Shown here: positions 63,101 through 64,000 of the stretch, in pieces
How positions within the stretch are numbered: position 1 is the first letter of the stretch
How the letters are laid out: every line of letters begins with the position of its first letter
Source of the DNA: Chiloscyllium plagiosum
Lineage: Eukaryota
Direction of reading: 5' to 3'
Assembly (NCBI RefSeq): GCF_004010195.1
Contig: NC_057719.1
Location: forward strand, 93,507,072 to 93,571,071
DNA: 64,000 nt
The notes under the pieces: generated by a model
Told to the model about the DNA's origin: nothing
What the model saw: the letters and a program-made list of their open reading frames with translations, nothing else
The model's database searches: none
Made by a program: the position numbers and the translations under genes

Positions 63101-64000
63101 TGTCTGATGAGTAATGCTACACACCCTACACTTTTTCCACCCTCCCAGTTGTCCTTTAATCGTTCAGAACCTTGGAACATCAAGCAACCATTCCTGCGCC
63201 TCTAAACATCACTTTTCAGGTATGGTCACAACTTCGTAGCCCCATGTACTGATCCATGCTCTAAATTCGTCACCCTTATTTCGGACACTCCTTGCATTAA
63301 AGCAGACCCACTTTAACCAATCCCTTTGTTTCATCCGTGAGAAAACTTCCTGATATATTCAATAACTCGTGTCACTGCCTCATCTGCAACTGTCTACCTC
63401 TCAGATTGCCACACCCCCACCCCGCCAAAACTAGTTTAAACACTCCCGCACCACGAGAGCAAGCCTCCCACCCAGGACATTTGTCCCCTCCAGTTCAGGT
63501 GCAACCCATCTTTCATGTGCAGGTCCCACCTTCCCCAGAAGGTATCCCACTGGTCGAAGGATCTGAAGGTCTCCCTCCTGCACCAACCTCGCATCCACGT
63601 TTTAAGCTGCATTCGCTGACTGTTCGTCATCTCACTGTCTTATGGTACTGGTAGCAAACCTGAGATCACTACTCTACGCGTCTTGCTCATCAGCATCCAA
63701 CCTAAGTCTCCGCAGTCACTTTTCACATCCTCAATCCAGTTCCTGGCTATGTCATTGGTGCCAATATGTACCACAATTACTGGCTGCTCGCCGTCCCCTT
63801 TCATAATCTTGTAAAGTCGATCGGTGACATCCTGGCACCGTGGAGGCAACATATCTTCCGGGAGTCCCGTTCCTGACCACAAAGACTCCTGTCAATCCGT
63901 CTAACCATTGAGTCCCCTACCACTATTGCTGTTATATTTTCACCACTTTCCTTCTGAGCTAGACTGTCAGGTTCAGTGCCAGAGACCTGGCAACTATGGC
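60152..64000 (-). mobile_element. Near full-length CR1 LINE (ORF1 esterase + ORF2), runs off the window end
   Basis: VIVVHIGTNDI and DGLHLN (ORF1 SGNH). GDFNFPNIDW, AILDLVLCN, NYRPVSL, KFADD, VQFWSPYY (ORF2). Confidence 0.93.
62388..62702 (-). mobile_element. Full-length HE1/V-SINE-like SINE with 6-bp target-site duplication
   Basis: A box TGGCACAGTGG, B box GGTTCAGTTCCC, complete central domain, (AATCT)n tail. CAAAAT is duplicated at 62382-62387 and 62703-62708. Confidence 0.93.

Overview
Eukaryotic, transposon-dense genomic DNA, most likely from an elasmobranch (shark). That inference rests on HE1/V-SINE-type SINEs, several CR1 LINE subfamilies and Penelope-like elements (PLEs). The only intact host coding sequence is a rhodopsin-class 7TM receptor exon of the GPR139/GPR142-like type (57055-57965, +). 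It starts mid-TM1 after a phase-1 splice acceptor. Two paralogous candidate first exons lie far upstream (1796-1970 and 27970-28030). Both end in a phase-1 GT donor compatible with that single exon 2, and both sit in anciently duplicated flanking DNA. I saw no second exon 2. Exon 1A carries a 21-bp (7-codon) tandem repeat. The long intron is filled with nested CR1, PLE and SINE insertions and an ~8.4 kb array of a ~62-bp hairpin-forming satellite with higher-order structure. It also holds several smaller minisatellites and about a dozen minimal hammerhead-ribozyme-like motifs in PLE terminal repeats. Most ORFs in the track are retroelement debris or low-complexity artefacts. All calls were made by eye and boundaries of degraded repeats are approximate.
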